Shown here piece by piece: positions 28,523 to 32,000 of a stretch of 32,000 nucleotides of DNA. A model generated the notes under the pieces. It did not search any database. It was given only the letters and a program-made list of their open reading frames with translations, and was not told where the DNA came from. The stretch spans positions 540,001-572,000 of the forward strand of contig OY969938.1 in assembly GCA_963704755.1 (NCBI GenBank), written 5' to 3'. A program made the position numbers and the translations under genes. How positions within the stretch are numbered: the stretch's first letter is position 1; every line of letters starts with the position of its first letter. Source of the DNA: an uncultured Chloroflexia bacterium (GTDB lineage Bacteria; Chloroflexota; Anaerolineae; Anaerolineales; Anaerolineaceae).

Positions 28523-28595
28523 GTATTTATCTTTTATATATTATCTTTTATAAAACATATTATATACAATATATTTTATATTGCAACCCTTTTGG
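28523..28595. promoter_or_regulatory. AT-rich promoter/operator region upstream of the GntR gene
   Basis: About 70 nt of almost pure A/T. The 12-nt direct repeat TTATCTTTTATA occurs at 28527-28538 and 28541-28552. A 30-nt imperfect palindrome (13 of 15 bp) lies at 28550-28579. No SD precedes the ATG. Confidence 0.4.
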
Positions 28596-28702
28596 TCCCC
28601 AGGTTGGAAGTTTTAAGGTTTCTTAATTTACGTGAATTCGGGAGAAGAGATTTTGAGCAGGTTCTGTGCTCAGGTTGATAAAAACTTAGGGGAATAAGTC
28701 TC

Positions 28703-28728
28703 CCCCAGGCGGGATGACCTGCCTGGGG
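28703..28728 (-). terminator. hairpin downstream of the Zn-ADH gene
   Basis: CCCCAGGC-gggatgacct-GCCTGGGG, 20 nt past the ADH stop on the transcribed strand. Confidence 0.35.
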
Positions 28729-28748
28729 TAAAGACTTGCGCGTAAAAC

Positions 28749-29777
28749 TTAATTTTCGAAAAGTACCTTAATTTGGTTATTTCCAGGCTGATTTAACAAA
28801 TCAAACCCTTCTTGCAAACGAGCAAGGGGTAATCGGGAAGTGACCAGTTCAGCGACCTTGATCTTGCCGCTGGCCACCAGATTGATGGCGTCCTCGAAAT
28901 CCCAGGCATAACCTTGAGAACCGGTTAACGAGATCTCCCGCTGGACAAAAAGGTTGATCGGTATTTCGGGGGCCGGGTCCTCGAATATACCCAGGAGGGT
29001 AGCCCTCCCGCCTTTTTTGAGCAGGTCTAACGCCTGCACCAGCGACGCCTGCCGGCCTACGGCTTCGAAAGCGTTGTCGACACCCAGGTCCTGCGTCTGG
29101 TTCATGACCGCAGCGTGGATATCTTCGCCTCGATGGGCAAAGACACCGCGCAAGCCTAAATCAATCGCTTTTTGAACCCGGTAGTCATTCAGATCGGAAA
29201 TAAACGGTTGGATTCCAGAAAATTCATGGGCAAGCATCGCCACAAGCAGGCCAATGGCTCCGGCGCCGATCACCGCGCTGGAGTGCCCAATACCGATTCC
29301 GCTCAATTTCACCGCATGTAATGCCACCGATAACGGCTCGATCAAGGCCCCTTCTTCAAAAGAAACAGAAGCGGGTAGTTTATATACTCTGTTTTCGGGT
29401 GCATAGAAATATTCTGTAAACGCACCTTGACCCCTACGATATTGAAAGCTTATATCAGTACATAGATGGTATTGCCCCCGTTGGCAATAATAGCATTCTC
29501 CACAAGCAATCACCGGCTCAACGGTCACTCGGTCCCCGGTAGATAAACGCGAAACTTTTTCACCTGCTCGCACAACTTCTCCAGACAGTTCATGCCCTAC
29601 AGCAGCAGGCAATGCGACAGAAGGATGTTTCCCGCGGAAAAGGTGAAGATCGCTGCCACAAATTGCTGCCCGGTACACCTTGATCATCACTTCTTCCGGC
29701 GCCGGGTCACGTAATTCCATTTCGCGAAACTCGATTTTCCCGGGAGCAGGAATGAATGCCGTCGTATAAGATGTCAT
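28749..29777 (-). CDS. zinc-dependent alcohol dehydrogenase (MDR family; sorbitol/threonine dehydrogenase-like)
   Basis: 342 aa. Catalytic Zn motif GHELSGEV, structural Zn cysteines CGECYYCQRGQYHLC, Rossmann VIGAGAIGLL. ATGA overlap with the FAH gene. Confidence 0.9.
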   Translation of the reverse strand: MTSYTTAFIPAPGKIEFREMELRDPAPEEVMIKVYRAAICGSDLHLFRGKHPSVALPAAVGHELSGEVVRAGEKVSRLSTGDRVTVEPVIACGECYYCQRGQYHLCTDISFQYRRGQGAFTEYFYAPENRVYKLPASVSFEEGALIEPLSVALHAVKLSGIGIGHSSAVIGAGAIGLLVAMLAHEFSGIQPFISDLNDYRVQKAIDLGLRGVFAHRGEDIHAAVMNQTQDLGVDNAFEAVGRQASLVQALDLLKKGGRATLLGIFEDPAPEIPINLFVQREISLTGSQGYAWDFEDAINLVASGKIKVAELVTSRLPLARLQEGFDLLNQPGNNQIKVLFEN

Positions 29778-30719
29778 CGATCTACCTGGCTTTCTAATTT
29801 AACCGAATTGATGAGTGAACCTAATTTATCTATTTTTGCTTCAACCACATCCCCGGGCTGTAAATAGTGGACCGGATCAGGTTCTCCCTCCATTAACTTT
29901 GGGCTGCCGGTCAAGATCACATCGCCAGGATTAAGCGTGGTTAAAGTAGATAGGTAACTGACCAGATAAGGCACATCGAAGAACATCTGGGAAGTGTTGC
30001 CCATTTGCATCACCTTGCCATTAACAAGCGTGCTCATGTTGAGGTTGCCTACCCGAATGAATTCGTCGGAAGTAACCATGACCGGACCCATCGGCGTGAA
30101 AGTATCGAATAATTTGCCGATTGCCCACTGCGAAGTACGTTTCTCCAAAACACGATCGCCCAAATCGTTGGCCACAGAAAACCCGGCCAGTACCGAACGC
30201 GCTGCGTCTGGCGAGATATTGTGCGCGCGCTTGCCAATAATGACCGCCAACTCGACCTCATAGGCAACGTTCCGGGCAATTCCAGGCAGCAAAACATCCG
30301 CCTGGTCCCCCACCAACCCACCCGTTGGTTTCAAAAAGACAGTCGGATAATCTGGTCGCTGCATCTGCTTTTCCGAAGGATAGTTGTTGGCAATACAAAT
30401 GATTTTGCCTGGGTTTGGAATTGGCGGTAAAAGTGTCGCCTGATCAAATTCAAAAAGCAGGTTTTTCGACTGCCATTCACTTTCAGAATCATCATAAGAT
30501 TGAGCGATCCAATCGGTGGCATTCTTGACCAACTGCATACCGGCTGAATCTAGCCCGGCCAGATCAGTCAAAGTATCCAGCGGGCGATTCGACCAGCCTT
30601 CAGGCGGCTCATGGGCCTTTAAAATAAGACTCTGCAGCAAGGGTCAAATCGAATCCAAGCAAACCGACCAACCTGGCAGAACGAATCTGACCTTCAGATA
30701 AATAAGAAAACACCTTCAT
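29774..30719 (-). pseudogene. fumarylacetoacetate hydrolase (FAH) family gene with a +1 frameshift near the 5' end
   Basis: Main ORF 30640-29774 (FLKPTGGLVG, EVELAVIIGK, GDVILTGSP). A typical FAH N-terminus MKVFSYLSEGQIRSARLVGLLGFDLT is encoded from the ATG at 30719 in another frame. The span is 946 nt = 3n+1, and removing one C from the CCC at 30641-30643 joins ...FDLT to LLQSLILKAHEPP... Confidence 0.7.
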
Positions 30720-30736
30720 TCGAACCTCACATACTC

Positions 30737-31547
30737 CTACTGGTTGAACTTCGGCTGCCGTTTTTCTAGAAAGGCCGACCGCCCCTCGATAGCATCTTCA
30801 CCGCGACCGGTTTTCACCCGCAATTCGCTTTCCAACGCCAGACCGGCCTTTATCCCTTCGGCCAGGCCTACGTTGACACAACGTTTGGCGGCCGCCACGA
30901 CCGGCCCGGAATACGCAGCAATCGTGCTGGCAATCTTCAACGCCTCATCCATCATTTTGTCATCCGGGAAGACATATTCAACCAACCCATATTGCAAGGC
31001 TTCCTGGGCCGTGATGACCCGTCCGGTCAATAGCAAGTCCAAGGCCCTGCCCCGGCCGACCAGGCGCGGCAGCCGTTGTGTGCCGCTCCCTGAAGCAAAT
31101 GCGCCTACTTTTACTTCCGGGAAGCCAAATTTGGCGCTCTCATTGGCTATGCGAAAATCACAGGCCAGGGCGAGAACGGCGCCCCCACCCAGGGCGTGCC
31201 CGTTGCAGGCCGCGATGATGGGAAAGCGGGCGTCTTCGATCTGCTGGTTCAATGACGATTCCCAATAATCATTCTGCAGCAGCCAGCCAACTTCCTGGCT
31301 AAAATCCTTGATATCCGAACCCACAGAAAAGGCCTTGCCCACACCGGTGATTACCGCGCAGCGGACTGACAGGTCCTGATTTAGCTCGGTCAAGGTGCTC
31401 ATTAACGCTCTCTTTAACTGCATGGCGAAGCACGCCCAGCGGCTCAGATCCGATGGTAATTAATGCAACACCATCTACCGGGCGAGTGACTCGAATCGCT
31501 TCGGTTTCCTGGGTCAGTTCCGAAGGATCATTCTCGTTATTTGCCAT
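30737..31547 (-). pseudogene. enoyl-CoA hydratase/isomerase (crotonase) family gene with a +1 frameshift
   Basis: The N-terminal 40 aa (IRVTRPVDGVALITIGSEPLGVL) are in the frame from the ATG at 31547. The rest (MQLKRALMSTLTELNQDLSVRCAVITGVGKAFSVGSDIKDF ... ACNGHALGGG) is in frame +1. The span is 811 nt = 3n+1, with the junction at about 31425-31432. Confidence 0.7.
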
Positions 31548-31554
31548 TATGACC

Positions 31555-32000
31555 TCATTCCTTTAAGCGCGCCGGGACATTGCTCCTGGGCTTGGCCGCC
31601 AGGTCTGCCGCCAGACCCATTGGCTCTGCGCCAAACAGGCGCGCATCCATTATCTTTAAATCCGCCGATATTTTCGGACGAAAATCCATATGTCCCAACA
31701 CATCCCGATCCAAATCGATGCCTGGAGCAATTTCGATCAACTCGAGGCCATGATGACCCCGTTTGAACACAGCCCGTTCGGTGATGTAGAGCGCTTCTTG
31801 CCCGCGCTCTTCGGCGAACGGCCCACTATAGGAGATTTGCTCGACTTCATCGAGGAATTTGTTGAATTTGCCTTCTTTATGGATCATCGATTTTCCCTCA
31901 GGCCAATCAATGACGAGATTACCCGCGGTAAACGTACCGCTGAAGATTACCTTCTTGGCGCACTGGCTGATATTGATAAACCCGCCCACGCCAATGATGC
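31555..32000 (-). CDS. acyl-CoA:acetate/3-ketoacid CoA-transferase family protein, C-terminal part (5' end outside the window)
   Basis: The ORF is open to the window edge. FINISQCAKKVIFSGTFTAG ... ALYITERAVF ... LIEIAPGIDLDRDVL resembles the C-terminus of YdiF/propionate CoA-transferase-type enzymes. Confidence 0.7.
   Translation of the reverse strand, partial: IIGVGGFINISQCAKKVIFSGTFTAGNLVIDWPEGKSMIHKEGKFNKFLDEVEQISYSGPFAEERGQEALYITERAVFKRGHHGLELIEIAPGIDLDRDVLGHMDFRPKISADLKIMDARLFGAEPMGLAADLAAKPRSNVPARLKE

Overview
Bacterial chromosomal window, densely coding. I found no rRNA, CRISPR array, transposase or integrase. The left third holds an LCM-type methyltransferase/TetR divergent pair and housekeeping rlmI and ligA. 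A plus-strand five-gene unit follows at 5.6-11.1 kb: (1) a membrane-anchored zinc-ribbon protein; (2) a 564-aa DUF2207-like membrane protein ending in a Cys-Ala repeat tail (CACACACAGCACACAGGGR); (3) a PqqD/RRE-fused radical SAM/SPASM enzyme whose ATG directly abuts the stop codon of that tail; (4) a full-length paralog of that enzyme that has lost every Fe-S cysteine; (5) a SAM methyltransferase joined by an ATGA overlap. I consider this unit the best candidate for an undescribed protein or peptide modification system. It is followed by tRNA-Pro(GGG), a DUF998-like membrane protein and a hotdog thioesterase bracketed by unusually long perfect hairpins and a short inverted repeat. The right two thirds (13.2-32.0 kb) are 19 co-oriented minus-strand genes. 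They comprise a CoA-transferase/crotonase/FAH/Zn-ADH group, a GntR-led molybdenum hydroxylase operon, a LivKHMGF-type ABC transporter, a sugar-phosphate isomerase-like TIM barrel and a long transketolase-family gene. In the hydroxylase operon the FAD and 2Fe-2S subunits are separated from the Mo subunit by an SCP2-DUF523/TudS-like fusion, a cyclase-family hydrolase and a DRE-TIM lyase/synthase. Four genes in this right-hand block carry five single-nucleotide frameshifts, at least three of them at short homopolymers. This means either sequencing error or a decaying catabolic island. All family assignments come from motif recognition by eye, since no database search was possible.
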